From the NCBI GenBank assembly GCA_016871615.1, contig VHCX01000010.1, forward strand, positions 1,875 to 65,874: a stretch of 64,000 bases of DNA, read 5' to 3'. Under the pieces are notes generated by a model. That model did no database searches, was not told the origin of the DNA, and worked only from the letters and a program-made list of their open reading frames with translations. Position 1 is the stretch's first letter. Each line of letters begins with the position of its first letter. This DNA is from Verrucomicrobiota bacterium. Its GTDB lineage: Bacteria; Verrucomicrobiota; Verrucomicrobiia; Limisphaerales; UBA9464. Position numbers and translations under genes: made by a program. This document shows positions 1 to 9,412 of the stretch, in pieces.

Positions 1-3000
1 CAGGATGTCCGCAGACGTCACGGCTTCGACCGTGACATCCTGGGGCTCCCGGTAATTGGCCGAGATGCGGCCCGAGCCGTTGAGCAGCGCCACATCCGCG
101 AGGTTGAACCAGCGGTTGTAGTCGTGCGAGGCGCCGCCACCGATGAGCAGCGTCTTGATGCCGTCGCCCCATTTGAGCGGCGCGGCGACCGGCTCGGCCT
201 GCGCCTGCTCGGGCCCCGCCGGGGCCCCCAGCTCGGCCGTGATGGCGAAGAGCGTCGGGGCGACCTCGTTGTCATAGCTCTCGAGCACCAGCTTCTGGAT
301 CACGCCGGGCTGGGTGATGTTCTTGGAGAGCCAGCGGATCTGGCCGGGACCCTTGGTCCAGCTCGGCAGGCCCTTCGAGCCGGTCACATCGGGCCGGCCG
401 CGGTAGTCGGCGACCTCCACGCCGTTCTTCAGGACGATCTCCTGGGTCGCACCGCCCTCGAACACCGCCGTGATCTTGAGCGCGTTGATCTTCTCGCCGA
501 CGGCCGGATACCCCCAGCCCGCCACGCCGCCCAGGAGGTGCAGCTTGGAGGCCGCCACACCGACCTTCAACTCCACCCGCTTGGGCAGGTTCTTGCGCGA
601 CCAGGAATCGGATGCGCCGCCCTTGAGGACCACCACGTTGGCCACGGCCTTCTCCGGGCTGATCACATCGAAGGGGATGTCCTCGACGCGCTTGAGCCCG
701 TAGCTGCGGAAGGTCACGGTGTCGTCCTCCTGCTCCGGCGTGATGTAGAGGCCGCGACCGCTGTTGGCGGTGAAGGCGCCGCCCAGGTCGAGGATGCGGA
801 AACGGGTGTCGTCGACCGTCATGTAGGCGAGCAGATCCCGGAGGGCCGCCGCGCCCAGCGCGTCGAAGCCCTCGGGCATGAGCGAACGGCCCGTGGACTT
901 GCGGTTGGCGATGTCGGACACACGCAGGGTGTGGTCGGAGGAGGCGTCGCGCAGGACCAGTTCCGAGGCGTTCTCACGCTCGATGATGCCGTCGAACTGG
1001 TCGCCCGACTTGGTCTCGACGCTGATGCTGATGAAGTTGGGCTCGACCACGCGGTTCGGGTCCACGATGTGGATCAGCAGGTCGGCGGCACCGTGGGCGC
1101 CCATGCCGTTGAGGTTCGGGGCCAGGTTGCGTCCCTCGCCTTTGTAGATGTGGCAGCCGGCACAGTTCGCGGTGAAGACCTTCTTGCCGTTGGCCACATC
1201 ACCGGGCTTCTCCACCTCGGGGCGCAGCTTGGCGATGAGGGCGTCCTTCTCCTTGGCCTCGGGGCCCTTCAGGTCGTCGATGATCTGCGTGGCGCGGGCG
1301 GCGATCTTGGCGTCACCATGGGTGCGCAGGCGGTGCAGCCGGGCGGGCCCCAGCAGCACCACGTCGATCTTGCGGGTGGCCAGCGCCTCGATGAACGCAG
1401 CCGACGAGTCGGCGCGCTTGAGCACCTGCGCGAAGGCCGTCTCCAGTTGACCCGGAGGCAACTGGGCGAACCGCTCGACCAGGGCCATTCCTCCCTCGGG
1501 CGCGGAACCCAGAGCCTCGATGAGCGACTTCTGGAGGCCCGGGCTGATGGCGGGGGTGACCAGCGAGGCGACCGACGGGATCACCGACGGCTCGATGTCA
1601 CGGACACCGATGAGGTTGGCCGCGATCTGGCCGCGTGAGGCGTCCGGGATCGACGCGTCGCGGATCTGGGCCGAGGCGGCCTGGATGGCGGGCTTGAGCT
1701 CGGCCGACAGGGCCGGGGCCGCCTTCCAGCGTGCCACGAGCGGCAACACCGAACCGGCGGTGTGCCCCGAGGCCAGGAGCGACTTCAGGGCGCCGAGGTT
1801 GGCCGCATCGAGTTCCGGCTGCAGGCGGGCCTCGAGGGCGGAGGACAGCGCCTCGAGGGCGGCGGCCTTGAGCCCGTCGGTGGCGGCAGGCTGGCGGGCG
1901 AGCAACTGCACCATCCGGCCGGCCAGGGCGGCATCCCGGCGATTGGCCACCAGGCGGGCCAGGTGCGGAACGTAACCGGCGACGAAGGCCGGATCCTTGG
2001 CGGCAAAGACCGCCTCGAGGAAGAGCAGCGGATCCTTGTCGGCGGCCCCGACCGCGGCGGACTCGAGCCAGCGGTCCTTGAGGTTGGGCCAGGCGGCCAC
2101 CACGGCGTCGGCCAACGCCCGGGAGGGCGGGAGCGAACCCGCGGACATCAGGGCGTTGATGCGCACGCGGCCATCGGGGTCGGAGAGGCGGTCGATCACG
2201 GCCTTCTCGGTCGTCTTGACCGGGTCGGAGTCGTTGGAGCGCAGGTTGGACGGATTGGCGGCAAGCTCAGTGGCGACGCGCAGGGCGTTCTTGCGAACCC
2301 ACGCCGAGGGATCGTTCAGCACCGCGGCGGCGGCCTCGTCCTGCCAGGGAACCGGCCCGTGCGAGGCGGCTACGCGGTAGAGCCAGAGGGCCTGGATGCG
2401 GGCCTCGGCCGGGGCCGAGGTATCGCCGATCAAGCTGCCAAGGCCCTCCAGCGCCGAGGCCAGCAGGGCGGGCTGCTCGATGAGCAGGCGGTTGGCCGTG
2501 GAGCGGACCCAGCCGTTGGGGTGGCTCAGGGCGGTGACCAGGGTTTCCGCGTCGTTGCGGTCGAGCCTGGCGGTCGGCAAGGCCTTGGCTTCCTGGTGCT
2601 GGATGCGCCAGATGCGGGTAAAGTGGTGGTCGCGGTCGGGACGCGCGGCGGCGTTTCGGGCACCGTGGGCCGGTCCGCGGGTGTCGTTGTGGACGGCGAT
2701 CTGGTTGTAGAGGTCGACCAGGTAGATGGCCCCGTCGGGACCGACACGGCTGTGGATCGGGCGGAACCAGTAGTCGGTGCTCGCGAGGAACTCGGTCTGC
2801 TTCCGGCCGTCCTCCTTGCGGCCCTGGTAGGTGGGGCCCTTCGGGTCGAGGAACTCGTGGTGGAAGAGCTGGCGGGTGGCCTCGCCCATGAAGAACGAAT
2901 ACCGCTCGGTGGCCGCCCACTTGGCCGGCCAGGCGCCGCCGTCGTAGATGGTCGCGCCCGCGGCCGCGGTCCAGGCGCCCACCCAGTCGATCTGCACGTA

Positions 3001-4644
3001 GGGCTGACGCTTCTCCTCGAAGGCCGGGTAGATCTTGTTCTCCTCGATGACGTTGAGGAACGACTTCATGCCCCCGACCTGGCCGCGGGCCAGGATCCTC
3101 TCGGGGATCACCACGTGGCAGATGGGCTCACCGCAGGTGGCCGTGGTGAAGAGGATCTCGTTGTCGGGGGCGATCTCGCAGCCCCAGGTGTTGCAGCCGC
3201 CGGCGGCGATCTGCTCCACGGCCGACCCGTCGGGCTTGAAGCGGTAGATGCCCGCGGCGATGTCGCCGAAGTCCTTGGATCCGTCGCCCGACTTCACGCG
3301 GCCGCGGGTGTAGCCGACCGATCCGTAGATCCAGCCGTCCATGCCCCAGCGGAAGTTGCTGATGACCGCGTGGGTGTCGAAGGTGCCCCAGCCGGTGTAC
3401 AGGGTCTCGACCTTGTCGGCCCGGCCGTCGCCGTTGGTGTCGCGGATCCACAGAATGTCCGGAGCCTGCGCCACGATCACGCCGTCCTTCCAGAACACCA
3501 GCGAGGTGGGCAGCTCGAGGCCGTCGGCGAAGAGGGTGCGCTGGTCGGCCACGCCGTCGCCATTGGTGTCCTCGAGGATGGAGATGCGGTCCAGCGGCTT
3601 GCGCGGCTGCTTGCCGCCGACCGGGAAGGCGGCGGGATTCTGGGCGCGGTTCCAGTAGGCCTTGAAGTCGTTCTTGTTCACGTCGCGACCGCCTGGGTAC
3701 TCGGGCGTCTCGACCACCCACAGGCGGCCCTTCTCGTCCCAGTCCATGGACATGATCTTCTCGGCCACGTTCTCGTCGGCCGTGAGCGAGACCTTGAACT
3801 CGGGATGCGTCTGGAAGGTCTTGACCGCCTCGGCCGCGGGCTTCGGGCCGCCGGCCGGGTACTTGAGCGAGGCGAGCTCCTCGGGCCTGCAGAACTCGTC
3901 GGCGTCGGCGCGCTTGCCGGCCCAGGCGATGCCGCGCAGCAGGATGGCCCGGTAGTGCGGCGTGTTGAACGAGTCGTATTCGTGGCCCGGGATGCTGACG
4001 AAGGCGCGGTACGGGGCCTTGCCCTCGGGCAGCGTCTTCTCGTAGGTCCACAGCTGCGGCCAGATGTTGAAGACATCGACGAAGCTCTGGGCCAGGACGT
4101 TCACATCCTCGGCCATGTCGAGGCGGTTGTAGACCTCGTCCTTCCAGTCGAAGTTAGACACGCCCTTCACGATCGGGTGCTCGGGGTTGACGAAGTAGAC
4201 CCCGACGTTGCCCTCATGCCACTGGGTCTTCTTGTCGCCGTCCCAGCGCCAGGCACCACCGATGATCTTCTTGCACCACTCGTGCTGGTCGCCGCTGACC
4301 ACGCCGTCGTGGACCACCACCACGCCGCCGCCGCGCGCCAGGAAGTGCTCGAAGCGGGCCCGCTCGTCGCCGGTGATCTTCATGCCGTCGGCGGCGTAGA
4401 TCACCAGCACGTCGGTGGCCTCGAGCTGGGCCGCCGTGGGGAATTCCATGGCACCGCTGGCGGTGACCCCACGTTCAGTGAGGAGCTTGGCCCATTCGCC
4501 CAGGAATCGGGGATGGTCGTGCTGGTCTGGGCCGTGGGTCTTGACGCCGCCGCGGATGAACACGCGGAGCGGGGCGGCATGGAGTCCGAGGGTGAGCGCC
4601 AACAAGGCCCACATCGGCAGGAGGTATCTCAGGAACGGTTTCAT
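1..4644 (-). CDS. Large secreted multidomain protein, C-terminus cut by the window edge: ThuA-like domain + membrane-bound-dehydrogenase-type repeat domain + HEAT-like repeats + PVC-type CxxCH heme-binding domain + start of a second ThuA-like domain
   Basis: Hand translation of the minus strand from ATG at 4644 (MKPFLRYLLPMWALLALTLGLHAAPL, signal-peptide-like) stays open to position 1 (4644 nt = 1548 codons). It is absent from the ORF track because no stop lies in the window. Motifs read: ThuA-like N-terminus (GGGVVVVHDG), DTNGDGVADQ and DTNGDGRADK repeats, heme site CAGCH, strong GC3 bias. Plus-strand ORFs 124..1638 and 1762..4908 are its antisense shadows. Confidence 0.85.
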   Translation of the reverse strand, partial: MKPFLRYLLPMWALLALTLGLHAAPLRVFIRGGVKTHGPDQHDHPRFLGEWAKLLTERGVTASGAMEFPTAAQLEATDVLVIYAADGMKITGDERARFEHFLARGGGVVVVHDGVVSGDQHEWCKKIIGGAWRWDGDKKTQWHEGNVGVYFVNPEHPIVKGVSNFDWKDEVYNRLDMAEDVNVLAQSFVDVFNIWPQLWTYEKTLPEGKAPYRAFVSIPGHEYDSFNTPHYRAILLRGIAWAGKRADADEFCRPEELASLKYPAGGPKPAAEAVKTFQTHPEFKVSLTADENVAEKIMSMDWDEKGRLWVVETPEYPGGRDVNKNDFKAYWNRAQNPAAFPVGGKQPRKPLDRISILEDTNGDGVADQRTLFADGLELPTSLVFWKDGVIVAQAPDILWIRDTNGDGRADKVETLYTGWGTFDTHAVISNFRWGMDGWIYGSVGYTRGRVKSGDGSKDFGDIAAGIYRFKPDGSAVEQIAAGGCNTWGCEIAPDNEILFTTATCGEPICHVVIPERILARGQVGGMKSFLNVIEENKIYPAFEEKRQPYVQIDWVGAWTAAAGATIYDGGAWPAKWAATERYSFFMGEATRQLFHHEFLDPKGPTYQGRKEDGRKQTEFLASTDYWFRPIHSRVGPDGAIYLVDLYNQIAVHNDTRGPAHGARNAAARPDRDHHFTRIWRIQHQEAKALPTARLDRNDAETLVTALSHPNGWVRSTANRLLIEQPALLASALEGLGSLIGDTSAPAEARIQALWLYRVAASHGPVPWQDEAAAAVLNDPSAWVRKNALRVATELAANPSNLRSNDSDPVKTTEKAVIDRLSDPDGRVRINALMSAGSLPPSRALADAVVAAWPNLKDRWLESAAVGAADKDPLLFLEAVFAAKDPAFVAGYVPHLARLVANRRDAALAGRMVQLLARQPAATDGLKAAALEALSSALEARLQPELDAANLGALKSLLASGHTAGSVLPLVARWKAAPALSAELKPAIQAASAQIRDASIPDASRGQIAANLIGVRDIEPSVIPSVASLVTPAISPGLQKSLIEALGSAPEGGMALVERFAQLPPGQLETAFAQVLKRADSSAAFIEALATRKIDVVLLGPARLHRLRTHGDAKIAARATQIIDDLKGPEAKEKDALIAKLRPEVEKPGDVANGKKVFTANCAGCHIYKGEGRNLAPNLNGMGAHGAADLLIHIVDPNRVVEPNFISISVETKSGDQFDGIIERENASELVLRDASSDHTLRVSDIANRKSTGRSLMPEGFDALGAAALRDLLAYMTVDDTRFRILDLGGAFTANSGRGLYITPEQEDDTVTFRSYGLKRVEDIPFDVISPEKAVANVVVLKGGASDSWSRKNLPKRVELKVGVAASKLHLLGGVAGWGYPAVGEKINALKITAVFEGGATQEIVLKNGVEVADYRGRPDVTGSKGLPSWTKGPGQIRWLSKNITQPGVIQKLVLESYDNEVAPTLFAITAELGAPAGPEQAQAEPVAAPLKWGDGIKTLLIGGGASHDYNRWFNLADVALLNGSGRISANYREPQDVTVEAVTSADIL

Positions 4645-4944
4645 GGCTTCGATCAAGGAAACGCCGACCACGGACGCTGGATCCGGCGAGCGCATTCGGA
4701 AGGAGGATTGACCCTTCCGCAAGAGACGACGGCAAGGCTGAAGCCGGCGATTGGGAACGTTGACCTAGTCGGAGCCTACCGGATCGCCGGGAATTGCGCC
4801 ATGCCTAGATGGCGGGCTGGCGTGGCAAGGTCCCGGGGTTGGCACCTCCCCCGCCCCGCGCCCCAGGGCGACCCATCGGTCTCGGGAATGCCCCGACGAA
4901 GCATTTGAAGCCCAGGCCGTCCCGGGCCACCATAACGGTCGTCC

Positions 4945-5568
4945 ATGACCGATTGCTTCGAGTTGCTCCAAGAACCCCGACGCCCCTGGCTTGACCCCGA
5001 CGCGCTGAAGGCGCGGTTTCTTGAGCGTTCGGCCGCGACGCACCCGGACCGGTTCCACGGGGCCCCCGAGGCCGAGAGGACCGCCGCCAACGCCCGTTCA
5101 GCGGAACTCAACGCCGCCTACAACACCCTCCGCGAGACCCGCGACCGGCTCTTCCACCTGTTGGAACTGGAGCGCGGGGCCCCGTCGCGGGACATCCAGC
5201 GCATCCCGGCGGGCACCATGGACCTCTTCGTGGAGATCGGGCACACCTGCCGCGATGCGGACGCCTTCCTGGCGGCCAACCCGGAAATCGAATCCCCGAT
5301 GCTGCGCCTTCAGCGGATGCGCCAGGCGCTCGAGTGGAGCGATCGCCTGATGGGTCTCCAGCGGCAGGTCAACGCACGGCGCGAGGCGATCGAGGCGGAC
5401 CTGAAGTCCATGAACGCGACCTGGGAGGTGACCCTGCCGCCGCCACCGTCGCCGGAGCGCCGCGAACGCCTGCCACTCGATGCGCTGGAGGAATCGGCGC
5501 GCGCCATGAGCTACGTGAGTCGCTGGACCTCGCAATTGCAGGAGCGCCTCGGGCACCTGGCCCGCTGA
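4945..5568 (+). CDS. HscB-like J-domain co-chaperone
   Basis: 207 aa. The N-terminus follows the HscB pattern (CFELLQ..., then HPD motif in SAATHPDRF), followed by a helical C-terminal half. No isc/suf genes are adjacent. Confidence 0.6.
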   Translation: MTDCFELLQEPRRPWLDPDALKARFLERSAATHPDRFHGAPEAERTAANARSAELNAAYNTLRETRDRLFHLLELERGAPSRDIQRIPAGTMDLFVEIGHTCRDADAFLAANPEIESPMLRLQRMRQALEWSDRLMGLQRQVNARREAIEADLKSMNATWEVTLPPPPSPERRERLPLDALEESARAMSYVSRWTSQLQERLGHLAR

Positions 5569-5649
5569 ATCGCGGCGGCCGGCCGCCGAGGGGCTGCCCG
5601 GAACCCCTGGAGGGTTTCCGGCCATGTGAGCCTGTCTGAAGCCAGAATC

Positions 5650-6216
5650 TCAAGCCGGCCCGGCACCCGCCACCGGGCGGGCCATGACATGGTCATCCAT
5701 CACGAAGCCTCCCCCGATGTCGTTCACCACCGAGCACTCGATGTCGAAACCCCGACGCCGGTAGCAGGCAATCGCGCGGGCGTTGGCCTTGTTGACGTTG
5801 AGGCGCACGCGCCGGCAGCCCAGGTCGGCGGCCGCGCGCAGCACGTGGTCGAGGAGCCGTCCGCCCAACCCCTGGCCTTGCACCTCGGGCAGCAGGTAGA
5901 GCTTGTGCAGGAAGAGCACCGGTCCCCCGGGCGCCGACCGGTCGCACGAGGTGGCCAGGTAACCGATCGGCACGCCGTCGCGGACGGGCCACTCGAACAC
6001 CACGCCGGACCGGAGGTCCTCGCGCAGGCGTTTGAGGGAATACATCCGCTCGAGCATGTAGTCGATCTGCCCGGGCGACAGCATCTCCGCATAGGAGACG
6101 GGCCAGATGCGCTGGGCCAGGTCGCGGACCTGCGGAAGATCCGCCTCGCCGAGGCGCTCGACCGGGATCGGCAGGGGATCGCCGGAGCCGGCCGCCCCGG
6201 TCGCCGGGGGGTTCAT
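5650..6216 (-). CDS. GNAT family N-acetyltransferase
   Basis: 188 aa. Acetyl-CoA binding signature read as VQGQGLGGRLL, C-terminal YRRRGF typical of GNAT. The start ATG overlaps the stop of the upstream gene (ATGA at 6213-6216). Confidence 0.85.
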   Translation of the reverse strand: MNPPATGAAGSGDPLPIPVERLGEADLPQVRDLAQRIWPVSYAEMLSPGQIDYMLERMYSLKRLREDLRSGVVFEWPVRDGVPIGYLATSCDRSAPGGPVLFLHKLYLLPEVQGQGLGGRLLDHVLRAAADLGCRRVRLNVNKANARAIACYRRRGFDIECSVVNDIGGGFVMDDHVMARPVAGAGPA

Positions 6217-7301
6217 GGTCGGACCTTGACGATCTCGACCCGGTTGGTCTGGGCCACGCCCAGTTCGAGCAACTCGGCGTTGACGAATAGATCGGTCCGC
6301 AGCGCCCGCTCGCCATCGATCGGGTAGGCCTTACGGGCCGCCGTGACATCAGACAGGGTGGCGATGTCGAGGGCCACGAGGTCGGCACCGAAGCGAAGTT
6401 CGTTGAGGGCGATGGTGTCGTGCAACCGGGCCTTGTCGTCACCCCGGACCTGCCCGACCAGCGCGTCGGTCACGCCGAAGGCCACCTTGGGCATGAGGTC
6501 GTCGAGGGCGCAGATCTCGGGCACGGCCTCCTCGGTTCGGCCCGGGTCGGACTCGAAGCGGTACATGTTGTCGACCGAGCCGAAGGCCAGCGACAGCAGG
6601 TGCCCGTAGATGCCGCCCGAATGGTGGGTGAGGATGGGAGTCACCGGGATGATGCGGGTCACCTCCTTGGTCAGGAGCCTCGAGACGTGGGAGCGCCTGC
6701 CGACGGCAAACCGGTCGCCCTTGCCGAACTCCAGATCACCAAACACCAACTTCCCCTGGACGGCCGACTCGTAGAACTGGAGGCCATCCCAACCGGCGTC
6801 GGTCGTGGCCACGCAGCGGATGCCCAACCGATCGGCCAGCGTCTGAAACCCGGATGCCTTGAGATCCCGGGCCTGCCGGTCCCAGATCACGATCTTCGAG
6901 GCGGATTGCCCGGATCGAATCAGGGAATCCACCAACGCCTCGACGACGGCCGGGCGGGTGCCGGTGAGCGCCCCGGGGGCCGAGAGCACCTTGAAACCCA
7001 CCACGTCGGTGGGCTGGACCCAGACCCTCCAGGCGGCCGTGAGATTGGTCTTGCCCGACAGGGCCATGAGTCCGCGATCCACCAGACCCCGCACGATCGA
7101 GGGTTCCGGGATGAAGGCCGAGGTGGCCCGAGCATCGGAGACGGAATGGATGCGGGCCCTCGGGAGATCCTTCGACGCGGCCGAGACCGTGACCGGAGCG
7201 TTGGGTGCGGCCGTGGTCCCGTCTGTCGCCGCAGCCAACCCGTCGGGACCGAGCCCGACCAACAGCCCACCGAGGGCGCACTTGGACACAAGACGACGCA
7301 T
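6213..7301 (-). CDS. DUF362-like domain protein with N-terminal signal-like segment
   Basis: 362 aa. The overall pattern (VGFKV core, ILTHHSGGIYG, FGADLVALD) matches my recollection of DUF362. The N-terminus MRRLVSKCALGGLLVGLG is hydrophobic. Translationally coupled to the GNAT gene. Confidence 0.55.
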   Translation of the reverse strand: MRRLVSKCALGGLLVGLGPDGLAAATDGTTAAPNAPVTVSAASKDLPRARIHSVSDARATSAFIPEPSIVRGLVDRGLMALSGKTNLTAAWRVWVQPTDVVGFKVLSAPGALTGTRPAVVEALVDSLIRSGQSASKIVIWDRQARDLKASGFQTLADRLGIRCVATTDAGWDGLQFYESAVQGKLVFGDLEFGKGDRFAVGRRSHVSRLLTKEVTRIIPVTPILTHHSGGIYGHLLSLAFGSVDNMYRFESDPGRTEEAVPEICALDDLMPKVAFGVTDALVGQVRGDDKARLHDTIALNELRFGADLVALDIATLSDVTAARKAYPIDGERALRTDLFVNAELLELGVAQTNRVEIVKVRP

Positions 7302-7645
7302 CGAACGCCCAGATCATGGCCCTTCCCGGGATGCGAGGCAAAGCACCGATGCAGCCCGTCCGAAGCGGACACCTGCCGGCTGCCGAAGTAGCGGTGGGTG
7401 CCGGAGCGGCACGGCGACGACGATTCGCCGACTTGCAGGCGAGGCTGGATTGAAGATTGCCCGAGGATCGCCCGCAGAATAGCCTCGCATCAGTTCCCAA
7501 AAGCATGGCCTCCCAAGGCGATTGTCCGCACCTGCGGCGGCGTCGGAAGGTCTTCACTCCGGGAGACCCTTGCCCGAAAAACCCGCCGACGACCGCCGCG
7601 GATCCCAGACACCTCCGCAGGCCACAGCGGATCCAGGAATCACCC

Positions 7646-8413
7646 ATGCGAACCTCACAAAACCCTTCCGCCGGCTTCACTCTCATCGAATTGCTGGTCG
7701 TGATTGCGATCATCGCCATCCTCGCCGGCATGCTCCTTCCGGCCTTGGCCAAGGCCAAGGAACGGGGCAAACAGATCTCCTGCCTCAATAACCAACGACA
7801 GGTGGGTCTGGCCCTGACGCTCTACGAATCGGACCACCAGAGGCTCCCGCCGAAGGCCTCGCAGGTGTTGGACTTCATGAACCCGAAAGCCACCGGCTGG
7901 AAAAACAACTGCCTCTACGCGATCTCGACCTACCTGCAGGGGGACCTTCGATCCAGCTCCAAGGTCTACATCTGTTCGTCGGCCAAGAAGGCGGACCCGG
8001 CGGAGATCCGGCCGACGGCGGTGAGTGCCGCCAGCTACCTGCCGAACTCGGTCGTGATGGAGCTGCCGATGAGCGTCATCCCGAACCCCTCCGACACGAT
8101 CTTCCTCCAGGAGTGCCTGTGGTTAGTGAGCTTCACCGCCCTGCGACCGGCCGTGGCATCGGACTTCGGCCTGGGGACCGCGACTCAGTACACCTATTGG
8201 CATGACGGAGACAGCGGCAAGAGCGAGCTCTACTCGAATGTGCACTCCTTCGGGGGCAACCTCGCCTTCGTGGATGGTCATGCGGAATACCGGAAGGCCA
8301 AGCAATTGCGCGCATGGCATTTCGGCCTCGCCGATGGAACGAGCGGCAAGGCCGAGGACACCCAGGCCCGCCCCAGCACCTCGATCTACCGGAGCGCCTT
8401 CAACAGCCCGTGA
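7646..8413 (+). CDS. Prepilin-type N-terminal cleavage/methylation domain protein with C-terminal H-X9-DG motif (pseudopilin-like, DUF1559-type)
   Basis: Internal ATG at 7646 within ORF 7457..8413 gives [39 protein letters not shown] (G/FTLIEL cleavage-methylation motif). C-terminal [12 protein letters not shown] fits H-X9-DG exactly. Confidence 0.85.
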   Translation: MRTSQNPSAGFTLIELLVVIAIIAILAGMLLPALAKAKERGKQISCLNNQRQVGLALTLYESDHQRLPPKASQVLDFMNPKATGWKNNCLYAISTYLQGDLRSSSKVYICSSAKKADPAEIRPTAVSAASYLPNSVVMELPMSVIPNPSDTIFLQECLWLVSFTALRPAVASDFGLGTATQYTYWHDGDSGKSELYSNVHSFGGNLAFVDGHAEYRKAKQLRAWHFGLADGTSGKAEDTQARPSTSIYRSAFNSP

Positions 8414-8589
8414 ACCACCGGCGGGGAACCTCGGTCGCCGGAACAGGCACCGAATCGTGAGACGACTCCGGGAGCATCGCCCGTCCGGGAGCGCCCGAGG
8501 GTCAGGATGCCGCGAAAAGAAACGGGGCCGCCGACGCCGAAATGGATCGGCAAGGCATGTCGCGGGGCCGAGGAGGGAGTGGATGGGAT

Positions 8590-8632
8590 AAAAAAACCGG
8601 GGCGCCAGTCAGAGGATGACCGTACGCCCCGG
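8590..8632 (-). terminator. Candidate intrinsic terminator (minus strand)
   Basis: On the minus strand, stem CCGGGGCG (8632-8625) pairs with CGCCCCGG (8604-8597) and is followed by T7 (8596-8590). The 20-nt loop is longer than typical, so confidence is moderate. No annotated minus-strand CDS ends here. Confidence 0.4.
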
Positions 8633-8639
8633 GGAATAA

Positions 8640-9290
8640 TCAGAATCAGTTCAGTAGGACTTAGTGGAGATTCTGGGTTGTTGAACAACGACACCCCAGA
8701 AAACGAGCGATGCGTGAGTTTTGTGAGCCAACCGTCTCACGAGGGTGAGACGGTTGTAAGACGGTGATTTCATTTTTGGTCAAACCATCCGAATTGACAC
8801 GCTTGGTTCTACAACTCTTCGGATCCACAACTTTTCGGATTCTAGGCCCTTGGGAAATGAATTCCTGTGAGTTCGAAAAACCTAAGGTCTAAATCCGTGG
8901 GATTGACCGTTCTGTTTTGAAGCTGTTTTCTTCGGCATTCGAATTTATAACCAATGAATCTTTCCGAATTCCTCGTAAAACAACCGTAACAGAACGATCA
9001 CTGCGTGGCCGACCGGAATCAAATTATCTGATTCCGTCAAACCACGCTCCTAATTCTAAGCGTCAGGAATTCCAAGCACGACCAATTCCTAGCATCACCA
9101 ACTGACTCAAGCACCAAAACTTCAGTCCCGTCGGAAAGAGACGCTGCGCAATCGCCTTGGAAAGCCTTCCAAGGTAACCCCTTCGGCAGCCTCCAAACTG
9201 AGTCTCTTTCCAGACTTTCTGTCAAACGCGGTACAAAGAACGACCTCAGGTTAGCCGAGTTCTCCGTTCCGTCAAGGGCCGACTTCATTT
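8640..9290. other. Low-GC, ORF-poor, hairpin-rich intergenic island (candidate large ncRNA or foreign-DNA remnant)
   Basis: Counted GC is 27/60 for 8881-8940 and 21/60 for 8941-9000, versus 41/60 for coding line 9421-9480. No convincing ORF. Multiple perfect hairpins: 8729-8756 (12 bp), 9014-9036 (8 bp), 9065-9090 (7 bp), and the nested helices 9133-9211. Confidence 0.6.
9248..9275 (-). promoter_or_regulatory. Candidate sigma-70-like promoter reading into the low-GC island
   Basis: The minus strand reads TTGACG (9275-9270), a 16 nt spacer, then TAACCT (9253-9248). Same TTGAC(A/G)-N16/17-TAnnnT layout as the two plus-strand candidates at 28225 and 30321. Confidence 0.3.
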
Positions 9291-9412
9291 TTCGGCGGCG
9301 CCAAGCTCCCGGCGGTGATTTGGGTCCACTTGGTCCGGAGGCCGCACCTTGCGGGACTGACAACGGTGCCCGACTGGGCTTTCCTTGGGGGGAGCTCGAT
9401 GTTCCTCCTCCC

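Noticed and set aside
1762-4908. 1048-aa plus-strand ORF (and 124..1638, 504 aa) covering the left 5 kb
   Set aside because: The composition is typical of an antisense frame of a high-GC gene (Gly/Arg/Val/Asp/Leu-rich, with no recognisable motifs). The opposite strand encodes a motif-rich protein with a signal peptide and a heme site.
8860-8945. tRNA-like T-arm sequences (GAGTTCGAAAAACC, GGCATTCGAATTT)
   Set aside because: The flanking bases do not form the required 5-bp T-stem, and no acceptor or anticodon arms could be built.
9037-9288. 83-aa ORF (MKSALDGTENS...) inside the low-GC island as a possible small foreign protein
   Set aside because: It has no recognisable family and no ribosome-binding-site-like sequence. 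Its ATG lies upstream of the candidate promoter. About 440 nt of further non-coding sequence separates its stop from the terminator. I keep it only as an alternative explanation under the island finding.
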